A stretch of 63,465 nt of DNA, counting the filler, from Chiloscyllium plagiosum (lineage: Eukaryota): the NCBI RefSeq assembly GCF_004010195.1. It is 3 parts of one record of this genome, joined end to end, with 100 filler letters (N's around TTAATTAATTAA, not from the genome) between each part and the next. Parts side by side here need not be neighbours in the genome. Positions count along the whole stretch, not along the records: positions 1 to 28,637 come from NC_057712.1; positions 28,738 to 60,026 come from NC_057712.1; 1 more part is not named here. One strand, given 5' to 3'. The notes beneath the pieces were generated by a model. The model searched no databases, was not told the origin of the DNA, and saw nothing but the letters and a program-made list of their open reading frames with translations. Positions 26,360-38,783 of the stretch are shown here, piece after piece (the first letter of the stretch is position 1; each line of letters opens with the position of its first letter). The translations under genes were made by a program, and so were the position numbers.

Positions 26360-27257
26360 TATAACAGCTATTTCCAGGATTATTGGCCCCACAGATTTCA
26401 AAGGCATGAAAGTGGAATCAAACTATAGAGAAGTAACAGACCGTAGATAATCACCAAAACTGAGTATAAATGACCTCATCTCCTGAACCATTCACAAAAC
26501 ATCCAGACAACCTGTGTATTCAACTGGATGTAGACCAAACCATCAGTTGGAATCACATTGGATAATGGATACTGACTAAGAAGGGAATTCCTTCAGCCAT
26601 GGACCAATCATGTCCAAACCATGGAAGTGGAATCAACTCATGACCATTTGGAGTCACTGGTTGGTTGATATGAGAAGATCACATGATGAGCCAACCAAGC
26701 CTCTTAGTATTTTAAGAAACTCTTTTTCTCCAAGACAGAAAACAAAAGAAGAAGAGACACAAAATGGGAATGACCCTGAGTGGACATTCCTGTCCCTAAC
26801 CTCTCTCTCTCTCTCTCTCTCTCCACCTCTGTCTTCATCCAACCTGCAAGTTTGAGTGTTGCCTGTTGCTCAACTAAGTACATGCCATGGACAGCATCTA
26901 CAGGCAACTGCTGACTCCAGAAAACTAAATAAACATCATACACAACATATTTAAATCATCCTGAAGTAGATTTCTGAAACCTTGTTTTAGACTCCAATTT
27001 TAACCCATCATTCCCCTATATAATTTACTTACACATGCATGTGTGTGTATGGATGTCAGAGTATATTTTATTATTTTCTTCAGATTGTGTGTTAACCAAA
27101 AGAAGTTCCTTCCTTCTTTTTAGTTTCTTTTACATTTAAACAGTCAACCACACAGTATTTCTCAAGTGAACCCTTCTGAACAAAACTGGTGTAGTTCAAC
27201 AAAGGGAGGTCAAAAGGGTAGCCATTCAACCATTTCTCAACTATTCAAAGCATGACA
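26360..27257 (+). mobile_element. Possible solo LTR containing a (TC)n tract at 26801-26823
   Basis: Non-coding, ends in ...CATGACA, LTR-like composition. Boundaries and TSD are not confirmed. Confidence 0.3.
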
Positions 27258-28376
27258 GAGAAATTCAACTCAAATACAACATAACCACATTCTATGAAGT
27301 GGCAGAAGGAACTGCCCTTGATTTTGACAAACCATAAAACTGAGTTAAATATTTAGAATTAACTTGCTCCAAGAATATGTTCCCAATATTGCTCAATATT
27401 GTCCCTTCATCGGCTTTACCTGTAAACCTAACAGTCTCATTCACAAAACTGACTGTATGTTAGCTACAAAATATGAAATAGAATGAGGCAAATACAATAG
27501 ATTGTGTGACAACACTGCTGTCACCATTGCTTACAGCACAATTGAGAACAAAGAATTTAAAGTTAGCATCCATTTAAAGTATTAAATGGAAATTATTACA
27601 TACAGCCCTGTTTGCTCAAACTTCGCTATGTGGAACTTTGACTTGTGCAGTTTTCTTTATATTAGAAAATATATGTCAATATATTTGAAATAACTGCAAT
27701 GACTTGCATTCTGGTGTGATTTACAATTGACAAACTGAAGTTTTAAGGTGGTGTATCAAAGTGAATTTGCATTAAATACTTTCTCATTTTGTGCTAGGTA
27801 ATTAATAACAAAATGCAGTTACTAAGTTTCAACAAAAGATTAAATTTAAGTTTTGGTAAAAGTGTAGAAGGCCTGAAGGGACATTAAAATTCACTTCCTG
27901 AAAGATCTGAATCCGACAAGCCCTCCATCAATCCAATGACATCTAACATATTTGTTATGCCTTGAAGAAAAGGATTCTGAAACGAGTTCCCGACTTGCTT
28001 ACTTTTACCTTGTGTTTTTCCGTCTAACAACAGCATCAAAAGTTATTTCATCAGTTAGCAGAAAGGAAATACACTCAAAATAGAAAGAGTAGATAGGAGA
28101 TTTCACTGAAGGCTTTCAGAAAAAGATGGCACTTCCAAAGATTTTTGAAATAAAGAACAAGTGAGGGAAAGATGAAAAGAAAGAATTATTTAGTGAAAAA
28201 AAAAGTAGAGAATAGTAGCTTAGGCCTCTTGCTTCAATCAAAGGATAAAGGGAGACAGAGTGAACAAGAAATTATAGAGTGTTTGGGTGAGGATACAGGG
28301 TGAAAGAGATCTCAAAGATAAATGCGACAGGGTTAGGAAAGGAGTAATCAACAGAAGAAGTTTTGAAAATAGAAAA

Positions 28377-28637
28377 TTGCGATTAGACATGAGTTAGGAA
28401 GCATGGATTGGGAGCAATTGTTTCATGGTAAAGGCACTATAGCCATGTGGAGACTGTTTAAGGAACAGTTGTTGCAAGTGATGAATAAATATGTCCCTCT
28501 GAGACAGGCAAGAAGTGGTAAGATAAAGGAACCTTGGATGACGAGAGCAGTGGAGCTTCTCATCAAAAGGAAAAAGGTAGCTTACATAAGGTGGAGGAAG
28601 CTAGGGTCAAGCTCAGCTCTACAGGATTACAGGCAGG
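28377..28637 (+). mobile_element. CR1 ORF2 fragment at contig end
   Basis: MDWEQLFHGKGTIAMWRLFKEQL...EPWMT, homologous to ORF 7749-8192. Confidence 0.9.
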
Positions 28638-28737
28638 NNNNNNNNNNNNNNNNNNNNNNNNNNNNNNNNNNNNNNNNNNNNTTAATTAATTAANNNNNNN
28701 NNNNNNNNNNNNNNNNNNNNNNNNNNNNNNNNNNNNN
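28638..28737. other. Artificial contig spacer N44-TTAATTAATTAA-N44
   Basis: Exactly 100 nt with a palindromic six-frame stop linker; identical to 60027-60126. Confidence 0.98.
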
Positions 28738-28802
28738 CTCCTGCCCCCTGCACTCCATTCTCGTCCCATAGTGCGTTCCTCCATCGTAGTGAGTTACCCC
28801 GT

Positions 28803-30420
28803 AGTCAAACGCCTTACTAAAGTCGATGTATTTGACATCAACAGCCCTTCTTTCAATTAACACATTGCTCACTTACTCGAAGAACTCTATTAAGTTGGTA
28901 CTGCATGATCTCCCCCGCACATACCATGTTGTCTATCACTGATGAGCTCATTCTTTTCTTAATATAAATAGGTCCCATCTCTCAGTACCCTCTCCAGCAA
29001 CTTTCCCACCACTGATGTCAGGTTCACAGGTCTGTAGTTACCCGGAATATCCTTACTACCCTTCGTGTACAGGGGGACAACATGAGCAACCTTCCAGTCC
29101 TCCAGCACCTCACCTGTATTTAAAGATGCCACAAAGATATCTGTCAGGGCCCCAGCTATTTCCTCTCTCGCCTCCCTCAGCTATCTATCTCTATCTCTTC
29201 TATCTCTATTCTCAACATTCATCATGTTCCTCTCCTCAGTGAGCACTGATGCAAAATATTCATTCAGCATCTCACCCATTCTCTCAGGTTTGGCACACAG
29301 CCTTCCTTCATTATCTTTTAGTGGACCAATCCTTTCTCTAGTTACCTGCTTGCTTCTTATATAAGAATAAAATGCTTTGGGATTTTCATTAATTCTGCTT
29401 GCTAAATCTATTTAATGACCCCTTTTAGCTGGCTTGATTCCTTGTTTAAGACTTGTCTTTCTCTTCCAATATTCCTCCAGGGCCCGTTCTGTTCTTAGCT
29501 GCCCAGACCTTATATACGCTTCCCTTTTCTTCTTGGCTAGTCGTACAATTTCTCCTGTATTCCACGGTTCATGAATCTTGCCCTTCCTATCCTTTGTCTT
29601 CAATGGGACATGCCTATCCTGCACTACCGTTGACCTATCTTTGAAAGCCTCCCACATCTCAAATGTGGACTTCCCTTCAAATAGCTCTGTCCAATCCACA
29701 TTTCCCAGCTCCTGCCTAATTTTGATATAATTGGCTTTGGCCCAGTTTAGTACTCTTCCCTTAGGACCACACTCTTCTTTATCTACAAGTATTCTAAAAC
29801 TTACAGAATTGTGGTCACTGTTCCCAAAGAAATCCCCCACTGCAACTTCTACCACCTGTCCTGGCTCATTCATCAGTACCAGGTCCAATATGGCCCCTTC
29901 CCTCATCGGACTATTGACATACTGCTCTAGAAAACTCTCCTGGGCGCTTCATACAAATTCTACTCCATCCAAACCTCTGACGCTAAGTGTATCCCAGTCA
30001 ATTCATCTCCACCCCTTCTTTTACTTCTCTCCCTGTCCTTTCTGAAGGGTCTATATCCTGGAACATTTAGTTGCCAATCATCATGTCCTTCCTTCAACCA
30101 AGTCTCTGTGATGGCAATAATGTCATACTCCCAGGCACCAATCCAAGCCCTAAGTTCATCTGCCTTCCACACTATACTCCTTGTATTAAAGTAGATTCAT
30201 TTCAGGCCACTGGTTCTTTTGCGCTTACCTGCTCTCTGCCTATTCTTCCCTTTATTAATGCTATCTTCATAATTCTTACAGTCTCCAGTCTCCACCTCGC
30301 TGCCTAATTGTTTTCTCTTCTGGTTCCCAGTCCCCTGACACATTAGTTTAAAATCTCCCCAACAGCAGTAGCAAAAAACAAGGACACTGGTTCCAGTCTT
30401 GTTCAGATGTAGACCGTCCC
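28803..30420 (-). mobile_element. CR1 fragment (ORF1 end, endonuclease, start of RT) with internal deletions
   Basis: DGLHLN, YDIIAITETWL, ILDLVL..EP, GNSDHN and IDFSKAFD motifs. Confidence 0.92.
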
Positions 30421-31539
30421 TATAGTGGATATAGAGATGGAAGCTCACCTTGGACATATGGAAAGTTGTGAATGCAGTAGTAAATTAATAATTGACTTTG
30501 TGACAGATTTTTTGAAGTCGAATGCTTGTTATCTTTGGATTTGATTGAAGTTCCTTATATTGTTAGCAAAAGCAACAAATAAGCCCTGCAGTTCCGAAAT
30601 TTCTGTGCAAATCAATTCGATACTCGTCATGTATTTTATAAACTTAAATATCAGTTCACCATTCGTTGATTGTTATTCAAGTAGTATGATCTTTAGAATC
30701 TTTAATGTGAAGTTGTATATTGTCTAGACTCTTCAAAAGTAGTGAAATCGAGGAAAATATTGTGGTCGGCACATGTATGTGTTGGCTAGCAGAAGCTGGA
30801 TATAGTTCTGAGGGGCTAAAGGGATCAAAGTGTAGAGGTGACTAAATTGGATGATCAGCTATGATTATATTGAATGTTGGAGGCTCAAAGGTTAAATGAC
30901 CTACTCCTGCTCCTGTGTCCTATGTTTTTATGTTACAAATGTCACTGATAGTTTTCAGTGTATGGTACTGCAATAAAGTTGTTTGCTGTCCTGACTTTCC
31001 TGAGTGTAATGTACTTTTAATTAGGTGTAAAAGGTGTTAATCAAAATATCATTTAAAATACACGTATACTATGAAGATGTAGACCATTGATACAGAGGAT
31101 ACTCTTGTTTAAATCTATCTGTCTTGCTTGCATTTATCATCATGTCATTGTTGGCCTGAGTTTGAGAGTTGAGTGCCCACTTGTTTAATCTGATGGCCCT
31201 CTTCTGCTGCAGCAATACCCTAGCACTAATCTTAGAAAATGATCTATTCATGGAGAAGTTTGAACATTCAATATACCACCCTTCATTACTTTGAGTGAGG
31301 TTGCCATTCATTGTCAGTTCAATACATAGGAATACAGTAGGCAGTTCAGCCTTTTGAGTGTGTTCTATCATTCAGTGAGACCATGGTTTTTCTGTGGCCT
31401 ACCTCCAGATACCTGCCTAAGGCCCCATACATTGTTAAAAGCTAATTCATTCCCTTGCAGCAGGCAGGCTACTTTCATTCAAGCTCCTGATCTCGTAAAT
31501 GTTATGGTGAAGACAAGCAGATTTATTTTCTGTGCTGGG

Positions 31540-31852
31540 ATCACAGAATCCCTCCAGTGTGGAAGCAGGCACTTGGCCATCGAGTCCACACCAACCTTCC
31601 AAAGAGCATGCTACTCAGATCCTACCTACCTACCCTACCCTGTAACCCTGCATTTCCCATGGCTAATCCATCTAGCCTGCACATCCTTGGACACTATGGG
31701 CAATCCACCTAATTTGCACGTCTTTAGACTTTAGGAGGGAACCAGAGCAACAAGAAGACACCCACGCAGACAAGGGGAGAATGTGAAAACTCCACACCCT
31801 GGGTCCTTGGCGCTGTGAGGCAGCAGTGCTAACCACTTAGCTGTGGTGCCAG
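31540..31852 (-). mobile_element. Older HE1-type SINE
   Basis: CTGTGAGGCAGCAGTGCTAACCAC and ACCCACGCAGACA motifs. Confidence 0.85.
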
Positions 31853-32049
31853 TCCACAGTTGTAAAAGAGAAACTGAAAAAGCTTTTAAAATGTAAAGAT
31901 ACTCAGGTTACATGCTTCTAATAGCTTTGCAGGTTAATGATAAGGAACAATTAATGTTTGACTGAACAATTTTGACAGAATAATAGGTGGTGACCAAACT
32001 TGGGAACATGTGAAGCACTGAATGTGGTGATATTTTATCAGCATTGTAC

Positions 32050-32640
32050 ATTAGAGATGTATAGCATGGAAACAGACCCTTCTGTCCAACTCATCCATGC
32101 CGACCAGATCTCCTAAATTAATCTAATTCCATCTGCCAACATTTGGCCTATATTCTTCTAAACACTTTCTATTCATGTACCCATCAAGATGCCTTTTAAA
32201 TGTTGTAATTCCACCATCTCCCCAGCAGCTCATTTGATACAAGTTCACTCCTCAGTGTGGAAAAGTTGTCCCTTCAGTCCCCTTTAAATCTTCCCCCTCT
32301 CACCTTTGCCCTCTACTTTTAGGCTCTCCCACCCTGGGAGGGAAAAAATGCCTTGGCTATTCATCTGTCCATGCTTCTCATGATTTTATAAACCTCTATA
32401 AGATCACCCCTCACTTCTGATGCTCCAGGGATAATCGCCCCAGCCTATTCAGCCTCTCCCTATAGCTCAAATCCTTCAACCCTGGCAGCGTCTTGTAAAT
32501 CTGTTCGGAATCCTTCCAAGTTTCCTATGGCAGGGACACCAGAATTGAATGCAGTATTCCAAAAGTGGCCTAACAAATGTTATTTCCAGCCGCAGCGTGA
32601 CCTCCCAACTCCTATACTCAATGCACTGACCAATAAAGGT
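32050..32640 (-). mobile_element. CR1 3' end
   Basis: Homologous to 3353-3950. Confidence 0.9.
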
Positions 32641-32888
32641 TACTCAAAATTCTATGTGTTCTTAATTTACTGAGCTTTTCATATTAATTGTTGAAATCTG
32701 ATACACTGGCTACATAAAGCTTGTCAGTACTGTTGTTGCAGATAGAAAATAATGTATTTTCATAGAAATTCAAATTAATACTTCCTTTGAAGAACCTCTT
32801 GCACTATGCTCCTACCTACATTGTGGAGAAAACATATATTGCTGTTAGTTATTGTAAACCAATCTTGTGTTTTGTTTGAATTTTTCAG

Positions 32889-32980
32889 CTGATATATGAT
32901 AGCTTCGCTCAATTCTTAGTTGAACAGAGAGGCTATGATCGAGAACTTATGACTTTGACTCCTGACTGTTGGGATTTTTG
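32889..32980 (+). CDS. NT5DC1: Internal coding exon (exon 2) of 5'-nucleotidase domain-containing protein 1 (HAD superfamily)
   Basis: Acceptor TTGTGTTTTGTTTGAATTTTTCAG, donor TG|GTAAGT, 92 nt, phase 0 to 2. It translates to LIYDSFAQFLVEQRGYDRELMTLTPDCWDF(C), versus human NT5DC1 LIYNSFAQFLVKEKGYDKELLNVTPEDWDFC as recalled. Confidence 0.93.
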
Positions 32981-33734
32981 GTAAGTTCTTTATTTTTCTT
33001 GTTGCAAAAAATGGCAGTTTTTGATCATTGGATTCTAATAATTGGATTCTAAAAATAATCAAGGCCATTTCAACTTTTCAGCCCTCTCCCTTCAGCTTGA
33101 AAATCTTTTCTACCAAAAGTGTGAGCTGATAACTCCAGATGCCTCTCAGATCTCAAGCTTTCCTGAACAAGAGTCTGATTATTTAACTAACGTAGTGGCA
33201 TAAAGAGGAGAGTGAAGTGAGCATGAAACTTGAAGGAACAGAAAAAAAATAAAAGCAAGAGAAAAAACATTGAGATAAAATAACAAAACTAAAAGTAAGA
33301 ACAATATTAAAAGTTTTAAAATCCTCTCAACAGTTATCTGAAGTGGTTTGGTACAACTGAGTGACCATTTTAGAAAATTGACCACACATTGTGTTGGGGT
33401 CTGAAGTCATATGTAGACCAGACCCAGTATGTCCTTCCCACATGAGCAATACTGAATGAGGGCGGGAACTCCTGAGCTTTGACCTCAGCATTAAAGTGCA
33501 CTGTTGCTAGTGGTAAAACAGTAGAAAGCAATGGATGTACAAAATAGCAGGATGGAAAAACACTGATATTTGACTGGGTTGAGGAGCTGGTGGACATTAC
33601 AGGAATAGTGAAGAATTAGTCCATATAGAAGTTTGAACACATGCATGAGAATTTTAAAGTTGAAGCATTGCCATGCTGTGAACGAGTGCAGGTCAGGAAA
33701 AACAGGAGGATTGGAGTAATACTTGTTCTGAGTT

Positions 33735-34095
33735 AGGAAGGACATACTGGTACTGGAGCGTGTCCAGCGGACATTCACACAGATGATCCCTAGAATGGTA
33801 GGCCTAACATGGGATGAATGGCTGAGGATCCTAGGATTGTATTCATTAGAGTTTAGAAGGTTGAGGGAAGATCTAATAGATACTTACAAGATAATGCATG
33901 GATTAGAAAGGGTGGACTCTGGGAATTTGTTTCCATAAATTCTTGATCTCGTAAGGAACTAAGGGCTATGGGGAACGTGCAGTAAGTGGAGTTGACATGC
34001 TCATCAGCCATGATTAAATGGCGGAGTGGACTCGATGGGCCAAATGGCCTTACTTCCACTCCTATGTCTTATGGTCTTTGGGTCTTATGGTTCTA
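33735..34095 (+). mobile_element. CR1 3' end, same subfamily as 60127-60770
   Basis: RKDILVLERVQRTFT and a (TCTTATGG)n tail. Confidence 0.9.
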
Positions 34096-35866
34096 TGTCT
34101 TAGGGAGAGCTTTTGCTGAACGCAAAGTTATGGAAACTAGAATATAAGAAGTGAAGTAGGTTGGTACAAAGGCATGAATGACAGTAGAGATGGCACTGGA
34201 ATTACAGAAAATCCATGGTGTTTGCAGTATTGTTTGGAAACTAATTTTGGGGTCCACAGTGGCACTCTGTTTATGCATGAAACATAGAAACATCGGCGAT
34301 AAGTACAAGATTCAGCCATTGGACCTTTTGAATATGCTTCACCATTCAATATAATCATGGCATTTGGTTCAACTCAATACCTTGTTCCTGCTTTAGATTG
34401 TTGTGGTTTTATGGCAGAGAATTCTACAGGCTCAAAACTTTGGGGTGAATACATTTCTCCTCATTTCAATTAGACTGTGACCCTTGGTTCTGCATTCCCC
34501 AGTCAACAGGAACATACTTCCTGCATTTACCTTTCTAGTCCTATTAGAAAGTTTCTATAAAGTCTCTGCTCATTCTCCTGCAGTGAATAAATTCCTAACT
34601 CATCTCGTCTCTCTTAATTTATTAGTCTTGCCATCCCAGAAGTCAGTCTAGTAAACCCTCATTGCATTCCTTCCATAATCAGATTAGGTTATAAGAGCAA
34701 AACTGCACACAATATAGCAGGTTTGGTCTCACTAAGGCCCTCTACAATTGCAGCAAGACATCCCTGCTCCTGTACTCGAATCCTGTAACTATGAAAGTCT
34801 GCATACTGTGTGCGTTCTTCACTGCCTGCGTGCTTACTTGCAGCAACTGGCATTCAAGAACATCAAGATCTCGTTGTGCGTCCCCGTTTCCCAATCTGTC
34901 ACCATGCAGATAATCTGCCTTTCTACGTCTACTATCAAAGTGGATAACTTCCTCTTCATCCACATTATACTACTTCATCTGTCCACTCAACTTATCCAAA
35001 TCACAAAAATGAAACAAAGAACTGTAGATGCTAGAACTCTGAAACAAAAACAGAAGTCATTAGATTAACTCAGCACGTCAGGCAGCTTCTGTGGCGAAAA
35101 AGCAGAGTTAATGTTTAGAGTCTGAAGAAGGATCGCTGGATATTTTGTTTCAGCTGTCCAAATCACTTTTACGCATTTCTATCTCCTAATTGCTCACCCT
35201 CCCACCCAGACTTGTGTTATCTACAAATGTGGAGATATTGTATTTAGTTCATTCACCTAAATTATTAATATGTATTGTGAATATCTAGGATCAAAACATG
35301 GATCCCTGTAGTATTCGATGAGCCACTGGCTGTCACTCAGCAAGAGACCAGTTTATTCCTATTCTTTATTTCCTCTCTGCTAACCAGTCAGTACACTACT
35401 CACAATCCTATGTACTTTAATTTTACACACTTAATCACATATGTGGGACTTTACTTAACCCCTTCTAAAGGTCCAAGTAAACCATATTCACTGAGTCTGC
35501 CTTATCAACTGTACTAATTACATCCTCAAAAGATTCCACTAGATGTGTAAAGCATAATTTTTCTTTGGTAAATCCTTGCTGATTCCATTTGATCTGATTA
35601 CGGATTTCAAGGTTCTTTATCTCTGATTTCAATGTTCTTTGCTATTATGTTATTTATAATTGTCATATTTTCCCCACTACTCATGTCAGGCTAACTGATC
35701 TATAGTTCTCTCTTTTCTCTCTACTGTATTTACTTTGAATAGTGGGGTTATGTTAGCTACCCTCCAATCCATTGAAACTGTTCCAGGGTGTATAGAATCT
35801 TGAAATTCACCAATGCATCCACTATCTTTGGACAAGTATTCTGCAAGTTATTGGGCTCTGAGGATT

Positions 35867-37544
35867 TATTATGACACAGTGGTGAACCCTTCTGTTAATT
35901 AAACCAGACATCCAGAAAAGCACACCTCACCTCGTAATCTGTTAAAATATGAGGGACCAAGAGGTCCCAAATCCCATTATTTAAAGAAAGTAACATAAAT
36001 TTATTTTTTAACCGAAGAGTGAACATTAAATTCAAACTCGATTGGGTTTTAATATCCTGGGACATAATTTAAACTGGTTACATTCGAATTGTTGTCAAGA
36101 CCGCAACCAAACCATAGGTATCCATTTCACAATCAAATGTTACATATTTTGATTTTCCTGTACACTCTGGGACTACCGTCTAGCCAGATACACAGGTGCT
36201 TGTATGCTCTCAGTTCAGAATAGCATGCACTCTCTCCGAAAGGTACAGTACACACCTTCAGCTTCATAACACCTCCCCCTTAATGAAAAGATGGCTTCTT
36301 TGTTTTCTAATTCTTAATCCCATTCAGATGAAATGCATAGGCCATTAATCTAAATTAAACTTTTCACATTATTTCTGCACACATATGTAACATTGGAATC
36401 TGTCTAATTTTATCTAGATGTTCTTTAAATCCACGATAAAGCATCTGCTGTCACATTTTTATGACCCCCAACTTGTACAATTTGTAAATTAAGAGTCTGT
36501 AATATAAGACTCCAATGATATAGTCTCATATTTTCGTCTTTAAATCTTTCCAAGAACGTAAGAGGATTGTGGTCCATGTACACAACCGTCTTTGACACAT
36601 AAACATTAAAATGTTGTAAGGCCAGTACCAAACTCCATAATTCTTTTTTGATGGTAGTGTATTTTCTCTGGTGGGTGTTGAGTTTCTTTGAAAAGTAGCC
36701 AATTGGTCGTTCAATTTCATCACCAACTTCCTGTAACAGTACTCCAACTCGTATATTGCTAGCATCACTTGCAACTTTGAGAGTTTCAAAAAATTTGGGG
36801 TAGCTAAAACTGATGCCATGATTAATACTGCTTTAAGTTGGTGGGCGGCACGGTGGCACAGTGGTTAGTACTGCTGCCTCACAGCGCCAGAGACCCGGGT
36901 TCAATTCCCGCCTCAGGCGACTGTGTGGAGTTTGCACGTTCTCCCCGTGTCTGCGTGGGTTTCCTCCGGGTGCTCTGGTTTCCTCCCACAGTCCAAAGAT
37001 GTGCAGGGTCAGGTGAATTGGCCATACTAAATTGCCCGTAGTGTTAGGTAAGGGGTAAATGTAGGGGTATGGGTGGGTTTCACTTCGGCGGGTCGGTGTG
37101 GACTTGTTGGGCCGAAGGGCCTGTTTCCACACTGTAATCTAATCTAATCTAAATCTAAAGTTCTCAAATGTCTCTTGTCATTGTTCTGTCCATTGAAATT
37201 TTGTGTTCTTCTTTAGTAAATCTGTTAGTAGTGCCGTCACACTGCTGAAGTTTGGGACAAACTTCCAATGGAATCCGCTTACTCCCAAAAATTGAAGTAC
37301 CTCTTTCTTTGAGGATGGTCATGGAAATTCCTCGATGGCCTTCGTCTTCGCATTCCTTGGGGTCAGCCTTCCATGACCGATGTTATGTCCCAAGAATGTC
37401 ACCGTTTCACAACCAAATGTTACATTTTTTTCAATTTTCCAGTACATTCTGGGACTGCCATCTGGTCATATACACAGGTGCTTGTAAGTTCTCAGTTCAG
37501 AACAGCATTCACTGTCAAAGGTACATGCCTTCAACTTCATAGCA
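35867..37544 (-). mobile_element. Internally deleted Gypsy LTR retrotransposon: partial 5' LTR, RT end/RNase H, PPT, 3' LTR, 4-bp TSD GATT
   Basis: 3' LTR at 35867-36271 (TGTTATGA...TCATAATA), PPT AGGGGGAGG at 36272-36280, RNase H DHNPLTFL...NVTADALS, RT VTFLGH..., and a homologous LTR part at 37402-37544. Confidence 0.88.
36841..37156 (+). mobile_element. Young HE1-type V-SINE nested in the Gypsy element
   Basis: Full head, V-domain and (TAATC)n tail; CpGs retained. Confidence 0.95.
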
Positions 37545-38199
37545 GATTTATCAACCTTTAATCCTATCCATGTCGTTCAGTTACAGCATTGATTTTTTTT
37601 CAGTCCCTCCCTTTGTTCTCCAACATTTTTGGGACATGATTTGTGTCCTTTTTTACAAAGCCACCATGAAAGTATATACTTAATTAGTCTAGCATCTCTT
37701 TGCTCCCATAATAACCTCCTCTGGTTCTGACTGTAAGTAACTGACTGTTGCCTCACAAATCTATTTCTCTTCATCCACCTAAAGCTTTTGCAATCAATTT
37801 GTATGTTCCCTGCAAGCTTACTCCACATTCCCGCAACCCATCCATAACCTTTCGTGAAGTTCCAGAGGAGTGGAAAACTGCCAGAATGATACCCCCTTAA
37901 TTAAAAGAGAGAAGACAAAAACCAGGTAACTAATGTGTCGTTAACTTAATGGATGCCATTGGGAAAATGTTAAAGCCTATTATGAAGAAAGTATTAATCA
38001 AGCATTTAGAAATAGATGATCAAATGGGTTCAGCTTCGTGAAGTGGAGAATGTGCTGACAAATTCATTAGAATTTTTTGAGAAGGTAACAAGCAGAATGT
38101 TTGAGAAGGTAACACGCAGAATAGGTAAAGAGAAACAGTGGATCTAATATATTCAAGTCTTTACGAGGCGTTCGATAGAGTACCGCACATTTTTAAGAT

Positions 38200-38254
38200 T
38201 CGGAGATGCCGGTGTTGGACTATAACCTGGTGTTGTCTGATTTTTAACTTTGTA
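38200..38254. mobile_element. 55-nt PLE-derived insertion with 14-bp TSD
   Basis: CACATTTTTAAGAT at 38186-38199 and 38255-38268. The insert shares sequence with 62252-62416. Confidence 0.8.
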
Positions 38255-38340
38255 CACATTTTTAAGATATCCATGTTGTGGGAGGTCATATATTAGCATG
38301 GATGGAGGATTGAATATCTAATAAAGTTATTAGTTACAAA

Positions 38341-38375
38341 CACCTGATGAAGGAGAAACGCTCCGAAAGCTAGCG
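38341..38375 (+). ncRNA. Minimal hammerhead motif (AGCT-palindrome variant) in a short PLE terminus (~38340-38420)
   Basis: CAC-CTGATGA-A-GGAG-AAACG-CTCC-GAAA-GCTA-GCG. The core is intact and stem I has one mismatch. Confidence 0.65.
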
Positions 38376-38690
38376 CTTCCAAATGAACCTGTTGGACTGT
38401 AACCTGGTGTGTAATTTTTAAGAGTTAGGATAAGGGGGGCATTTTCAAACAGGTAACCTGTGTAACTAGTGATGTGCCACAGGGATCAGTGCTGAGCCAC
38501 AATTATTTGTAATATATTTTAATGACTTGGATAAGTAAGGTGAATTATTGTCACCAAATTTGCGGATGACATGAAAACAGTGACAGCAAATGCTGAAGAT
38601 GAGAGTCTGCAGAGTGATAGACACAATGGGCAAAAACTTGGAAAATAGAATATAGAAGTAGTGGGGTATAGAAACAGGCTTTCCTAAAAC

Positions 38691-38783
38691 ATTACTGAAG
38701 AAGGGCTTATGCCCGAAACGTCAATTCTCCTGTTCCTTGGATACTGCCTGACCTGCGCTTTTCCAGCAACACATTTTCAGCAG
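38691..38783 (+). mobile_element. 93-nt hammerhead-bearing PLE-derived insertion with 11-bp TSD
   Basis: TTTCCTAAAAC at 38680-38690 and 38784-38794. Core CTGAAGA-A-GGGC-TTAT-GCCC-GAAA-CGTC at 38695-38722. Confidence 0.85.

Larger units (their letters stand above)
34280..37830 (-). mobile_element. Old CR1 interrupted by a Gypsy provirus and a short PLE-derived piece
   Basis: FEYRSRDVLLQL on the minus strand. The K-x-DKS..P-like motif is split at the GATT target duplication (35863-35866 and 37545-37548). Confidence 0.75.

Noticed and set aside
28682..28693. TTAATTAATTAA palindrome within N runs, also at 60071-60082
   Set aside because: Synthetic six-frame stop linker. ORFs ending in X...LIN are artefacts, and adjacency across the gaps is unproven.
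36841..36915. tRNA gene
   Set aside because: tRNA-derived SINE head continuing into the V-domain and LINE-like tail; the same applies to the other HE1 copies.
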